Source of the DNA: Hyphomonadaceae bacterium
GTDB taxonomy: Bacteria > Pseudomonadota > Alphaproteobacteria > Caulobacterales > Aquidulcibacteraceae
NCBI GenBank assembly: GCA_041917055.1
Contig: JAYRYJ010000003.1
Location: 153,959 to 217,958, forward strand
Reading direction: 5' to 3'
Length of the DNA stretch: 64,000 bases
The position numbers and the translations under genes are program-made. The notes below the pieces were generated by a model. The model searched no databases, had not been told where the DNA came from, and saw only the letters and a list, made by a program, of their open reading frames with translations. Positions within the stretch are counted from its first letter, which is position 1. Each line of letters starts with the position of its first letter. Positions 1 through 9,639 of the stretch are shown piece after piece.

Positions 1-225
1 ATGCGTTGGCGCGCGACCCGCTGAAATATGTTGCGCGCTCAAAAGCCCTAAATCCGCCAAATCACTCATAGTATTGCGGATTGTGGCCGGGGATAAATCA
101 ATCCCATTCATTGATAAAGTGCGCGAGCCGACAGGCTCACCGGTTTCGATATAAGTTTCGACAATGCGCGAAAAAATATCACGCGCGCGTGCATCAAGAT
201 CGCTGAGAATGCTTTTTGAACTCAT
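1..225 (-). CDS. hrcA: Heat-inducible transcription repressor HrcA, N-terminal part only (gene continues beyond window start)
   Basis: Reverse-strand translation from ATG at 225: [62 protein letters not shown]... matches the HrcA N-terminal winged-helix signature ([17 protein letters not shown]). Confidence 0.7.
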   Translation of the reverse strand, partial: MSSKSILSDLDARARDIFSRIVETYIETGEPVGSRTLSMNGIDLSPATIRNTMSDLADLGLLSAQHISAGRAPTH

Positions 226-335
226 ATGTTCATAATAAATTGTTTAGCAAATAATTCCAATTGCAAATCCCTTGTTAAGAGAAATTAAACCCAAAAAATT
301 CGATAAAATTTCATTACTGCGAGGTACAATATAGA

Positions 336-352
336 TTGGCAAAAAAATTGCA
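336..352 (+). promoter_or_regulatory. Candidate sigma-54 (-24/-12) promoter TGGC-N7-TTGC upstream of flagellin-family gene
   Basis: Sequence tTGGCaaaaaaaTTGCa at 337-352 fits the TGGCACG-N4-TTGC spacing exactly (GG 338-339, GC 350-351), 22 nt upstream of ATG 374. A sigma-54 enhancer-binding protein is encoded at 12421-13902. Confidence 0.45.
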
Positions 353-373
353 ATAACTCGCAAAAGGCGTAAA

Positions 374-1315
374 ATGGGATTTGGACTGAGCGCATTAACA
401 AATGCTTCGGCTATGGCAGTAAGAAGCCATAATCATGCGCGCGCAAACCTAGAAAAGTCCTCTGCCCGACTTGCCACAGGACAAAAAGTTTCCTCCGCAA
501 AAGACGATGGAGCAGGGTTTATCACCAAAACTACCATGACCAACGAAAGCAATACTTGGGAGTGGCGTAGTTCGGAATTGAAAAGATTTTCCGCAAATTC
601 GGAGCTAAATCAGTTTGTAGTTGAAGAAGGTCTCACTCTTCAAAGAAAGGCGCAACAAATCCTTGCATTTGCGGCAAATACGCAAGCTGGAAGTTCTGAA
701 CGCCAAAAATATGCGCTTGAATGGGCTGAACTTGGTGCCCAGCAAACCGCACTCATAAATGCCCGCAATATGTCACTGGAAAACTATGGCTCTGCTAGTC
801 TTGCCATGACTGGTTATGGCGGCGAGTGGGCATTTGACCCGTATAACACCGATAGTTTGCTAGGAGATGTAACGATTGTCGATGCATGGTGGATGGGCGT
901 AATCACAACAGGTCAGGCGGGGGCGGGCTATACCCCCACAGTGATTACCGTCAATTCTGATTTTTTAAATGCTAGTCAAGCCAATTTAACCCAGGCCGCT
1001 ACCGAAATGTCGGGGTCGGGTGCGGGTATTGCGCGCTCTATTCAAAGAGCTGTACCCGGGATAGCTGGTTCAGTAGATAAAATGGATCGCCTCAAAGCTT
1101 TCTCTGACAAAATGGATGCTATTATTGAAAATGCAAATTCACAGGCTTTTGACACGGATTTGGAAATTGAGTCTGCGAAACTTTCAGCCGCAAAGGCGAG
1201 GATTGAATTATCTCAAAATTCGATTAGCCTATTTTCGAATGCGTTTCGAAGCTATGTGTCAGGGCTCTTGGGCTTTGTTATGAATTCACAGCAATCAATT
1301 ATTAGAACTGTATGA
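374..1315 (+). CDS. Flagellin-family protein (flagellin N-terminal domain; divergent C-terminus)
   Basis: N-terminus LSALTNASAMAV...RLATGQKVSSAKDDGAGF matches the conserved flagellin N-domain (ILTNxSAMxAL...RLSSGLRIxSAxDDAAG). AAGG RBS. 313 aa. Confidence 0.55.
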   Translation: MGFGLSALTNASAMAVRSHNHARANLEKSSARLATGQKVSSAKDDGAGFITKTTMTNESNTWEWRSSELKRFSANSELNQFVVEEGLTLQRKAQQILAFAANTQAGSSERQKYALEWAELGAQQTALINARNMSLENYGSASLAMTGYGGEWAFDPYNTDSLLGDVTIVDAWWMGVITTGQAGAGYTPTVITVNSDFLNASQANLTQAATEMSGSGAGIARSIQRAVPGIAGSVDKMDRLKAFSDKMDAIIENANSQAFDTDLEIESAKLSAAKARIELSQNSISLFSNAFRSYVSGLLGFVMNSQQSIIRTV

Positions 1316-1439
1316 CATAGCGGCACCTTTTGATAATCTATTTATTGACATTAAGTAAAACTCGTTTCGCCAAAAATTACAGCAATTGGTTTAATTTTCG
1401 GTATTTCTGTGATATGAGTAAAAATTCAGGAGGCCATTT

Positions 1440-1853
1440 TTGCCCATAACAGATACAATGATTGAAGAGAAAAAACCAAAAACACCGCGCAAGAGCGCCA
1501 AAAAATCCCCGCCAATTGATCTAAAAGATATACTTATGAAAAGTCTTGATGAAGATAAGGCCGAGGATATTTTATATATTGATTTACGCGGCAAAAGCTC
1601 ACTGGCTGATGATATGATAATCGCATCGGGTCGTTCCGGTCGCCATGTTGCGGCATTGGCGGACAGATTATTGGGCAAATTGAAAGACAATGGCCTTGGA
1701 AAAGCAAAAGTCGAGGGACTAACCAATTCCGATTGGGTTCTTATTGATGCCGGCGACATTGTTGTTCACCTTTTCCGCCCTGAAGTGCGGGAATTTTATG
1801 CCATTGAGCGTATTTGGGCCGAACCGAAAACCGTTTTGGCTGGTCGAAATTGA
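1440..1853 (+). CDS. rsfS: Ribosomal silencing factor RsfS (Iojap)
   Basis: 137 aa. DMIIASGRSGRHVAALADRLL...WVLIDAGDIVVHLFRPEVREFYAIERIW is typical RsfS. AGGAGG RBS 6 nt upstream of TTG start. Confidence 0.85.
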   Translation: MPITDTMIEEKKPKTPRKSAKKSPPIDLKDILMKSLDEDKAEDILYIDLRGKSSLADDMIIASGRSGRHVAALADRLLGKLKDNGLGKAKVEGLTNSDWVLIDAGDIVVHLFRPEVREFYAIERIWAEPKTVLAGRN

Positions 1854-2323
1854 TAATTAGCCTGCTTGCAGTTTCAAAATTCAAAAAAGAAATTCCCGAA
1901 CAGGCGTTAAGCCTTGATTATTTGGCGCGCGCCAAAGCGCAAGGGCGTCCATCGGGCATCAATGAAGTTCGCTTAATCGAAATCGAAGTGAAAAATGGCA
2001 ATTCCAAAGAATTGGAATCGGCGGCAATTCTCCATGAAATCCCTGATAGTGCCTTTGTTATCGCGCTTGATGAACGTGGGAAAAACCTTTCGTCTCGTGA
2101 ATTTGCGTCTTTGATTGAGAAGCAAAAAGACACCGGACGCCGCGAAATTTGCTTTCTCATCGGCGGGGCCGACGGACATTCAGATTCTTTGCGCGACAGG
2201 GCCGATTTTTTATTATCTTTCTCAAAATTAACTTGGCCTCATAAATTATGCAGATTAATGGCTTCAGAGCAGATTTATCGTGCTATTACAATTTTAGGAA
2301 ATTCACCCTACCATCGCGACTAA
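1850..2323 (+). CDS. rlmH: 23S rRNA (pseudouridine1915-N3)-methyltransferase RlmH
   Basis: C-terminal LIGGADGHSDSL...LTWPHKLCRLMASEQIYRAITILGNSPYHRD is the RlmH SPOUT motif (HPYHRE end). Start TTG 1850 overlaps rsfS stop. Conserved rsfS-rlmH order. Confidence 0.8.
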   Translation: MIISLLAVSKFKKEIPEQALSLDYLARAKAQGRPSGINEVRLIEIEVKNGNSKELESAAILHEIPDSAFVIALDERGKNLSSREFASLIEKQKDTGRREICFLIGGADGHSDSLRDRADFLLSFSKLTWPHKLCRLMASEQIYRAITILGNSPYHRD

Positions 2324-3516
2324 TGCCCAAATTCAAAGCAAAACCATTTAATAAACAAATCATGATGGCCACATTCGCGGCAATCATTGCCATGGTTTTG
2401 CCCCCGCAACAAAAACTTGCCTTGGCGCAATCAAATAATTCAAAAGAATTGCAACAATTGGAAAAAGAGCGCGCCGCGCGTGAAAATCGCGTGACAATTT
2501 TGGAAACCACTAAAACCAAAGCCAATAATGAAATCCTGGCACTGCAACAAAAATTGGTTGAGGCGGCGCAAAATCAAAAAAACGCGGAAATAAATGCCGA
2601 AAAAAGTGAATCGCGATTGAAAAACCTCCGCCTTGCAGAACAGCAAGCCACTCAAGATTTCCAATCAAAAAAAACCGCACTGGAAAACATTGTTATCGCG
2701 TTGATTGGTATCGAAAAAAACCGCCCGCCGCCATTAGCTGTGCAGCCCAAAAATGCGACCGAGGCAGCAAGGGTCGCAATTTTAATGCGCATAATTGCGC
2801 CGCAATTGAATGCTAAAGCGCGCGATATTGCAACGCAAATCGGCAATCTAAAGAAAGTGCGGCAGGATTTATTAATGGGTAATGAGGAATATAGGATTGC
2901 AACTGAAAACCTATTAAATTCGCGCAAAACCACCGCGATTCTTATTGCCGAGCGTCAAAAATTCATCGCCCAATTATCACAAGATGCCGACAGGGAACGC
3001 GATATTATTGCCCAAATTGCACAAAAAGCGTCGGGGCTTCGCGATTTGATTCAAAAAATTGGTTCGGCAATTCCAAAAATGGGCGGTGCAATTTCCGAAC
3101 CGTCTTTGGCGCGCGGTTTTGCAAAGGCCCAAGGCAGAATTTTGCTTCCAGTGAATGGGCAATTGGTTGAAAAATTTGGTGACAAAGTCGCCGAAGGCGG
3201 AAATTCAAACGGTATTAAAATCCGAACTCAAAACAGCGCGCAGATTATTTCACCCTATGACGGAAAAATCGAATTTTCTGCACCTTTTCGCGCTTATGGA
3301 AGGGTTTTGATAATAAATGTCGGCGATTCTTATCGCATTGTTCTGGCAGGTCTGGGTGAAACCTTTGTTCAAGCCGGACAGGAAGTTTTGGCAGGTGAGC
3401 CAATCGGTGAAATGTCGCAAGATACGCGCATAGTTCCCGATTTATATATGGAAATTCGCAATAAAGATGCTACATTAGACCCAATGATGTGGCTGAATAA
3501 AGCGAATGGCGGTTAA
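2323..3516 (+). CDS. M23 family metallopeptidase / murein hydrolase activator (EnvC-like), coiled-coil N-terminus
   Basis: Signal peptide MPKFKAKPFNKQIMMATFAAIIAMVLPPQQKLALAQ, long coiled coil, C-terminal M23/LytM-like domain (GIKIRTQNSAQIISPYDGKIEF...GRVLIINVGDSYRIVLAGL). ATG overlaps rlmH stop (TAATG). Confidence 0.75.
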   Translation: MPKFKAKPFNKQIMMATFAAIIAMVLPPQQKLALAQSNNSKELQQLEKERAARENRVTILETTKTKANNEILALQQKLVEAAQNQKNAEINAEKSESRLKNLRLAEQQATQDFQSKKTALENIVIALIGIEKNRPPPLAVQPKNATEAARVAILMRIIAPQLNAKARDIATQIGNLKKVRQDLLMGNEEYRIATENLLNSRKTTAILIAERQKFIAQLSQDADRERDIIAQIAQKASGLRDLIQKIGSAIPKMGGAISEPSLARGFAKAQGRILLPVNGQLVEKFGDKVAEGGNSNGIKIRTQNSAQIISPYDGKIEFSAPFRAYGRVLIINVGDSYRIVLAGLGETFVQAGQEVLAGEPIGEMSQDTRIVPDLYMEIRNKDATLDPMMWLNKANGG

Positions 3517-3528
3517 TTGGAGTTTTTG

Positions 3529-5001
3529 ATGAATAGCGAGATTAAAGAAGTGAAGAAAACTAAGCCGCGCTTTTCCAAAGTTTGGATTATTCCGATGGTG
3601 CTTGGCTCTGTCGGGTTTGGGATTTTTCTTGGTTCGGCAATGTCGGTATCGGCGCGCAACACTTCAAGCCTGACCGATGCCACACGCCAAAACACTCTAA
3701 AACAATTGGATATATTCGCCAATGTCCTTGCCAAAGTCACAACTGATTATGTGGTTGAACCTGAACAAGACAAATTAATCGCGGCATCAATTAATGGAAT
3801 GTTGCAATCCCTTGACCCGCATTCAAGTTTTATGACGCCGAATGATTTCAAAAACATGCAACAGTCAACCAAAGGCGAATATGGTGGTTTGGGCCTTGAG
3901 GTCACTTCTGACGCCGGCGCTGTAAAAGTTATTTCGCCAATGGATGATTCCCCCGGGCAACGTGCCGGCATTATTGCGGGTGATAGAATTATTGCCATCG
4001 ACGGCAAAAATATTGTAGGCGAACCATTAGACGATTCCATCGAAAAAATGCGTGGCAAACCGAATACGACAGTAGAAATAACCATTGTCCGCGGCGAAGA
4101 AACCAAGGTTTTGAAAATTACGCGCGAAATTATTAAATTGCGCCCTGTCAAATTGAAAATTGAACAGGATATCGCCTATATCCGCATATCAACTTTTGTG
4201 AATGAACATACTTCCGAAGAAGTCGAAAAGGCGCTTGATGAGGTGCAATCTAAATTGGGTAATAATGTCAAAGGCATTATTCTTGATTTGCGCAATAATG
4301 GCGGCGGCCTTTTGGACCAGGCGATAGAAGTCACAGATTTATTCATGGATCGCGGCGAAGTTGTCTCGACGCGTGGCCGTAACCCTGACGATATTGAGCG
4401 CTATTATGGCACTGCGGGGCAAAGATTTGCCGGCGTGCCAATGCTGGTTTTGGTCAATGAAGGTTCTGCATCGGCCTCTGAAATCGTTGCTGGCGCATTA
4501 CAAGACAAAAAGCGCGCCATTATTTTTGGCATGACATCTTTTGGCAAAGGTTCAGTGCAGACCATACTGCCGGTTGGAAATGGTAAAGACGGTGCATTGC
4601 GTTTGACCACGCAAAGATATTACACGCCGTCCGGTCGTTCCATCCAAGGGTCGGGCATTGTTCCTGATTATGAAGTATCTGGTTTCTTTCTAACCAAAGA
4701 GGATATTGAACGCCGCAAAGCGGAGTTCCGCTTTGAAGAAGATTTACCGAACGCTTTGAACAATGATTCCGGCGCAAAGCGTGAAGCGCCGCACATGCCC
4801 AAAGACATGGCACCAAAAGATTGGAAAAAAGAGGATGATTATGTCCTAAAACGCGCAATCCAATTCATTTTAGCGGGAATGCCGAAAGACAAGCCATTAC
4901 CACCTTTGCAAATGGCAAATGCCCCCAAAGCGGACCCCAAAAAACCGCAAAACGGTGGCGTTCCGGTTGTCTTTCCAAAACACGAGCCGAAAAAACAATA
5001 A
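3529..5001 (+). CDS. ctpA: Carboxyl-terminal processing protease (S41) with PDZ domain
   Basis: GGLGLEV..., PDZ (SPMDDSPGQRAGIIAGDRIIAIDG), S41 catalytic region (LVNEGSASASEIVAGALQD...GKGSVQT). GGAG RBS before ATG 3529. Confidence 0.85.
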   Translation: MNSEIKEVKKTKPRFSKVWIIPMVLGSVGFGIFLGSAMSVSARNTSSLTDATRQNTLKQLDIFANVLAKVTTDYVVEPEQDKLIAASINGMLQSLDPHSSFMTPNDFKNMQQSTKGEYGGLGLEVTSDAGAVKVISPMDDSPGQRAGIIAGDRIIAIDGKNIVGEPLDDSIEKMRGKPNTTVEITIVRGEETKVLKITREIIKLRPVKLKIEQDIAYIRISTFVNEHTSEEVEKALDEVQSKLGNNVKGIILDLRNNGGGLLDQAIEVTDLFMDRGEVVSTRGRNPDDIERYYGTAGQRFAGVPMLVLVNEGSASASEIVAGALQDKKRAIIFGMTSFGKGSVQTILPVGNGKDGALRLTTQRYYTPSGRSIQGSGIVPDYEVSGFFLTKEDIERRKAEFRFEEDLPNALNNDSGAKREAPHMPKDMAPKDWKKEDDYVLKRAIQFILAGMPKDKPLPPLQMANAPKADPKKPQNGGVPVVFPKHEPKKQ

Positions 5002-5119
5002 TTCTCAATAGAGAATTAAATTAAAGCCCGTAATTTTAATAAAATCCGCGTCTTCCAAATAACCGGAATGAAACCGCAATGTGATATTCAAACCACGCCA
5101 AGAATGTGGCGGGGGCGAA

Positions 5120-8100
5120 ATGAGTATCGTCGATACGAGCGGATTGTTCAATACAATATATAGTGCACGGTCATATTCTGCACCATCTACACCCTCACGT
5201 CCGTCCGATGCCACAACCCAATATGATAAAAATGCGCCTTGGTCGCCCAGCGCCCCAAAAATAAATGAATCTGCTGAATTGAAGCGCGTAATGGCGGCGA
5301 AATCAGTTTTTGACAATGATGCAGTTAAAATAAAAGCCATGAAAATGTCAAAAGAGAGCGACGCAAAAAAACTATTCGCTCTTCATAAAGCAATGAATCG
5401 AGTGAATATCATCGCTAAAGAAGCCGCAAAAACAACAGTTTCGGATTCGCAACGTGCAAATTATGAAAAGCGCTTCAAAGCAGGCATGAAGGAAATCGAC
5501 GAATATATGACCGGTCTGTCGCTTTCAAATGCCGATTTAATCAAAGGGCTAAGAAATAATGTATTGGAAACCCGCGATTTAAAACAGATTTCGGGAATTA
5601 TGTCAGGTGACAGTTTCGAAGTTTCAAGCGCCGATATGGAAGTGTCGCAATTCGAAAATGCCGCACCCTTTGACATTACTTTGACCAATGCCACCAAGAC
5701 CGCGACTATCAATATCGATTTAAGCAAAATGGGCGAAACCCCGCGAACTCTTAACAATGTCGCGGATTTCATAAATGGGGAAATTGCCAAAGAAGGCTTT
5801 AGTTCGCATTTGAATGTTTCAAAGACTTTCAATAATGCCACTTTCACCTATCAATACGGCCTTAGTCTTGCCAAAACCACAGGCGAAGAAATTGTATTGC
5901 CTCAAGGCACTGGCGAACCGTCTGCGACAGGCGGTAATTTACTCAAGAACACGGAGTTTGACCAAAACAGTGCTGTAATTTGGACCGATTCTGTTTCTGC
6001 GCCGAATTATGTTTTAAATGGAGTAAGTTCAACTGACTTTTGGACTACGTCAGACATTGCTGAGGTATGGCACAGTGTGGACAATACACGGTCAGGCTTT
6101 TTCGATACCGACGCGGTCCTTGGTATAGATGCATATTCTCAGTCTATACAAACAATTGTCGGAAAAACATATAATTTGGAGTTCGACTGGGCGGGCCACA
6201 CTGAAAATAATAACGCCACCACTCGTGAAATGGAAGTTGTTTGGAATGGTGCAGTTGTACAAACGCTCGCTCCAACTGATATGGCGGTCTGGCGCGGCAA
6301 TAAAATTAGTTTGGTTGGGTCGGGTGGGACAGATACTTTAACAATTCGTGAAAAAGCTGGAAGCGGTTTAAACGACCATGTCGGCACTTGGGTAGATAAT
6401 ATTCGTCTAACCGAAGCGATCGAACAAACTGCATTCGTTCCTCAATTAGGCGCGAATTTAGTTCAAAATGGTTCGTTTGAAAACACAAACGGCGTTACCA
6501 ATTGGTTCAATAATAGCTCTAACATGACGGGCACCGAGGTGCGCGGGCAAATGGGTGATCTCGCCAATTGGACCAATCCGACTGCTACTCAATTTTCAGG
6601 CGGCTCTGATTTAATCAGGGGCAAAAATGGTGCACAAATCGGAACCGATGGCAATGTGATTGTTGAATTAGACGGTCAACCAGGTTCGCAGGCGGACGCA
6701 TTAGTGCAAAGCGTGCAAACCGAGGCAGGCAAAAATTATCAATTATCATTCGATATCAGCCATTATAATAATGTCGCTTTCAATACTTCAGGCGTGGAAG
6801 TATTATGGAATGGGCAAATCGTCGGCTTAGCCTATCCGGACACAAATGACGGCATCTGGCGCAATATCACCGTCAGTGTTACCGGCACAGGTGGAATGGA
6901 CCAATTACAATTGCGCGAATTGGCGTCCGAAAATGAATCCGGCGGCGCATTAATTGATAATGTCAAATTGCAGGAAATTCAAAACCTTGACCAACTTATG
7001 CCAAACACGGATGCGCCTACGCGCAAATATGGCGCAAATTTAATAAGCGACGGCGGATTTGAAAATTTGGCGGTTAATATTTTTTCGCCCTTAGTTCCGA
7101 CTTCGACAGCTTGGCAATCAAATAATGGCTATGCCGAAGTTTGGTCCCAAGGTTATGAGATGGGTGGGCCGCAATTTGCCAATGGACATTTCATTGAATT
7201 GGATCACGCAAATGCCGTCGATGCGATAAGACAAACAGTCGTTACCGAAGCGGGCGCTTTGTATCAATTCGATTTTTCCCATGCCATACGAAACTTAGAT
7301 AATTCTGGCGGCGCCGTTACCCCAATCGATGTGTCGAACACAATGGAAGTTGTGTGGAATGGTAAAGTGATGGGGACAATAACTGCGACGCCCGATGGAA
7401 AATGGAATTCAAGCAGGTTTGACCTTATTGGAACGGGCGGGAATGACGTAATAGAAATTCGCGAAACCGCCATCGGAAACGATTATCATGGCCCATTCCT
7501 TGATAATATGCAATTGCGGAAAGTTATTTCCGATAGTCCGTCTAATGCGTCGGGCAGCGGAATTGATTTGCTTAATATTGGCCAGAATGCATGGAACCAA
7601 GAAGGTTCTAATCGCCTCGTCGATCTTGCAGGCGTCAAAGCAGGGGATAGTTTCAAAATCAAAGTCGATGACAAGAAAATTGAAACAATAAAAATCACTG
7701 ACACAATGACACTAAGCCAATTGGCATCAAAACTTAGCTCTTTAATCGGCACGGCGGCGGGAACTGCGAAGGTCAAATCAACCGGACTTTCGCAAAAAAT
7801 CGTTCTTGATCCGAAATTGCGCCATCGCATCGAAATCATTGCCAGTGACATTAAAGTCTCGGCACTAGACGAATTAGGTCTTAATGAGGGCGTCGCGCGC
7901 AAACTTGTGACCGGAAAAGATCTAAAGAAAAGCCCCGCACCGAAAACCGGAATAAATTCCAAAGAGATTGCGGCAATTGAGTTCAAAACCGATTATTCGA
8001 TTGATACAAAACTTCATGCCAAAGACGCAACTACCGCCTTAGAAGGAATGATGCGGCGGGTGCGATTGGCTTATAAAACCGATATGGGAGTTCTAAAGCC

Positions 8101-8194
8101 ATCAGCGACCGGAACCCCTGCCCCACAAATCAGCGCCGCCGACGCCGCAAAAATCAATATGTATAAACAAGCATTAGCAAGATTAAGCGGTTGA
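5120..8194 (+). CDS. Large (1024 aa) repeat protein: N-terminal low-complexity region, three tandem ~160-aa beta-sandwich-like domains, C-terminal Lys-rich region. No signal peptide
   Basis: Three internal repeats share the pattern NG(S/G)FE...Y(N/Q)L(E/S)FD...(M/V)EV(V/L)WNG..V.......W.......GTGG.D.L..RE....G....DN(I/V).L. Start assigned to ATG 5120 (GGGGG RBS). Function unknown. Confidence 0.5.
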   Translation: MSIVDTSGLFNTIYSARSYSAPSTPSRPSDATTQYDKNAPWSPSAPKINESAELKRVMAAKSVFDNDAVKIKAMKMSKESDAKKLFALHKAMNRVNIIAKEAAKTTVSDSQRANYEKRFKAGMKEIDEYMTGLSLSNADLIKGLRNNVLETRDLKQISGIMSGDSFEVSSADMEVSQFENAAPFDITLTNATKTATINIDLSKMGETPRTLNNVADFINGEIAKEGFSSHLNVSKTFNNATFTYQYGLSLAKTTGEEIVLPQGTGEPSATGGNLLKNTEFDQNSAVIWTDSVSAPNYVLNGVSSTDFWTTSDIAEVWHSVDNTRSGFFDTDAVLGIDAYSQSIQTIVGKTYNLEFDWAGHTENNNATTREMEVVWNGAVVQTLAPTDMAVWRGNKISLVGSGGTDTLTIREKAGSGLNDHVGTWVDNIRLTEAIEQTAFVPQLGANLVQNGSFENTNGVTNWFNNSSNMTGTEVRGQMGDLANWTNPTATQFSGGSDLIRGKNGAQIGTDGNVIVELDGQPGSQADALVQSVQTEAGKNYQLSFDISHYNNVAFNTSGVEVLWNGQIVGLAYPDTNDGIWRNITVSVTGTGGMDQLQLRELASENESGGALIDNVKLQEIQNLDQLMPNTDAPTRKYGANLISDGGFENLAVNIFSPLVPTSTAWQSNNGYAEVWSQGYEMGGPQFANGHFIELDHANAVDAIRQTVVTEAGALYQFDFSHAIRNLDNSGGAVTPIDVSNTMEVVWNGKVMGTITATPDGKWNSSRFDLIGTGGNDVIEIRETAIGNDYHGPFLDNMQLRKVISDSPSNASGSGIDLLNIGQNAWNQEGSNRLVDLAGVKAGDSFKIKVDDKKIETIKITDTMTLSQLASKLSSLIGTAAGTAKVKSTGLSQKIVLDPKLRHRIEIIASDIKVSALDELGLNEGVARKLVTGKDLKKSPAPKTGINSKEIAAIEFKTDYSIDTKLHAKDATTALEGMMRRVRLAYKTDMGVLKPSATGTPAPQISAADAAKINMYKQALARLSG

Positions 8195-8232
8195 CACCTA
8201 AATTTAAACCAATATTCGCTCGATAATTTTTT

Positions 8233-8252
8233 TAGTTACTTCTCCGTAACTA
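8233..8252 (+). terminator. Candidate hairpin terminator after the large repeat-protein gene
   Basis: TAGTTAC-ttctcc-GTAACTA perfect 7-bp stem followed by GGGGTTTTATATTT. Confidence 0.25.
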
Positions 8253-8482
8253 GGGGTTTTATATTTCAATCACAATATTTTGTGCGATTTGTTACGGTGG
8301 CAACCCCCTTGCTAAAAAGCACATAGGTAATAATAAATAATCAGAAATAATTCCGAAAAAAATTATTCAATAAATACAAAGAGAAAACCAGTATTCTCGC
8401 GTTTTGGTTAATTTTACTGTCGCAATTTTAATAAATCGGTAACCTTGTATCCCTAATCGTCGAAAAACAGACGAGAATTATA

Positions 8483-8869
8483 ATGACAAAAGTCCTAGTC
8501 GCCGATGACGATCAATTACTTCTAAGATATCTTTCGCTACACTTGTCAGCATCCGGGTATCTAGTATCCGAGGCCACAAGCGGAAATGAAACGATAGAAT
8601 TAATAAAGCAAAACCCGCCAGATATATTGATTCTAGACTCTATGATGCCACATGGAAATGGTACAAGTGTTGTTGAATTTATTAGGTCAAGCGCTTCATT
8701 GCAAGATTTACCAATAATAATGCTTACCGCGCGGAAAAGTGGCGACGACAAAATAAGCGCATTTGAGGCTGGTGTTGATGATTATATCGTTAAGCCCTTT
8801 CATTTCGGCGAATTAAAATCAAGAATTGCCCGAATTGTCAGCAGGAGCAAGGTCAAATGGAGCGCATAA
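8483..8869 (+). CDS. Single-domain response regulator (CheY-like receiver)
   Basis: VLVADDDQLL...DILILDSMMPHGNG...LTARKS...GVDDYIVKPF: complete REC domain with phospho-acceptor Asp. Confidence 0.8.
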   Translation: MTKVLVADDDQLLLRYLSLHLSASGYLVSEATSGNETIELIKQNPPDILILDSMMPHGNGTSVVEFIRSSASLQDLPIIMLTARKSGDDKISAFEAGVDDYIVKPFHFGELKSRIARIVSRSKVKWSA

Positions 8870-9639
8870 TAGGCTTTATTATTGCGTCTTTGTTTGTGGC
8901 AACTCCTTCCTTTGGCGCACAATGTTCAGACAAATTAGCAAGATTTGGCTTTGAGACCGGTTATAATCAATTGGGCGCCAATCTAAATAATAATGATTGG
9001 CACACGCAAAGCATTGGATTTTTTTCCAAAAATGAAAACTGCGGAGGAAGCATTTTTGCCCGAATTGACAAAAAAACCAGATATTCAAAAACGGACACAA
9101 GTCTCTCATTAGATTTCAACCAAAAAGCAAATGAAACGGACAGTTTTTCTTTGGTTATGGAAACAGCGGCAGACCCGGAATTTTCGGCAAAATTTTCGGC
9201 AAATTTTGAATATTCACGTCTATTAAAAACCGAATCTGACACTTTTGGCAGTGTAATCTTGGGTGCTTCGATTGGATACGCAAAATATCAATTAACGGAT
9301 CTTGCAAAAATTGGTATTCAGGGCGAAATCTACCCTAAGCACTTTCCTGGTTGGATAAACGGTTCTATTGCGCAAGTTTTTGCATATGATAAAGCGCTTC
9401 CGCTTTCTTTTTCTGCGCGATTAAGCCTACCGGTTTCTGATAAGATTATTGCATCAATAGGCGGCGGGCGATATTTTGAAACCTATGCGCAAGATTATAT
9501 GAAAACCGCCGAATATTCAGCCGGACTTCACATAAAACTTACCGAAAAATTTGATATTCGCCTTAATTATCAAACTCTGGCGAGAGAAGGTTTGCCGACC
9601 TTAAACGGCCTTGGCTTGGCAATTGGTTTAAGCCTATGA
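8857..9639 (+). CDS. Secreted beta-rich protein (possible periplasmic/outer-membrane component of the exopolysaccharide-like module)
   Basis: Signal peptide MERIIGFIIASLFVATPSFGA. Alternating hydrophobic/polar segments. Start overlaps REC gene stop by 13 nt. Confidence 0.45.
   Translation: MERIIGFIIASLFVATPSFGAQCSDKLARFGFETGYNQLGANLNNNDWHTQSIGFFSKNENCGGSIFARIDKKTRYSKTDTSLSLDFNQKANETDSFSLVMETAADPEFSAKFSANFEYSRLLKTESDTFGSVILGASIGYAKYQLTDLAKIGIQGEIYPKHFPGWINGSIAQVFAYDKALPLSFSARLSLPVSDKIIASIGGGRYFETYAQDYMKTAEYSAGLHIKLTEKFDIRLNYQTLAREGLPTLNGLGLAIGLSL

Noticed and set aside
240-373. Sigma-28 promoter (TAAA-N15-GCCGATAA) for the flagellin-like gene
   Set aside because: A TCGATAAA (~300-307) is present, but the spacing to any TAAA is wrong. 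The sigma-54 fit at 337-351 is exact and better positioned
5081-5119. ORF-track start of the large repeat protein at 5081
   Set aside because: ATG 5120 is preceded by a G-rich RBS, and the upstream 13 codons (MIFKPRQECGGGE) look like translated RBS. Start moved to 5120
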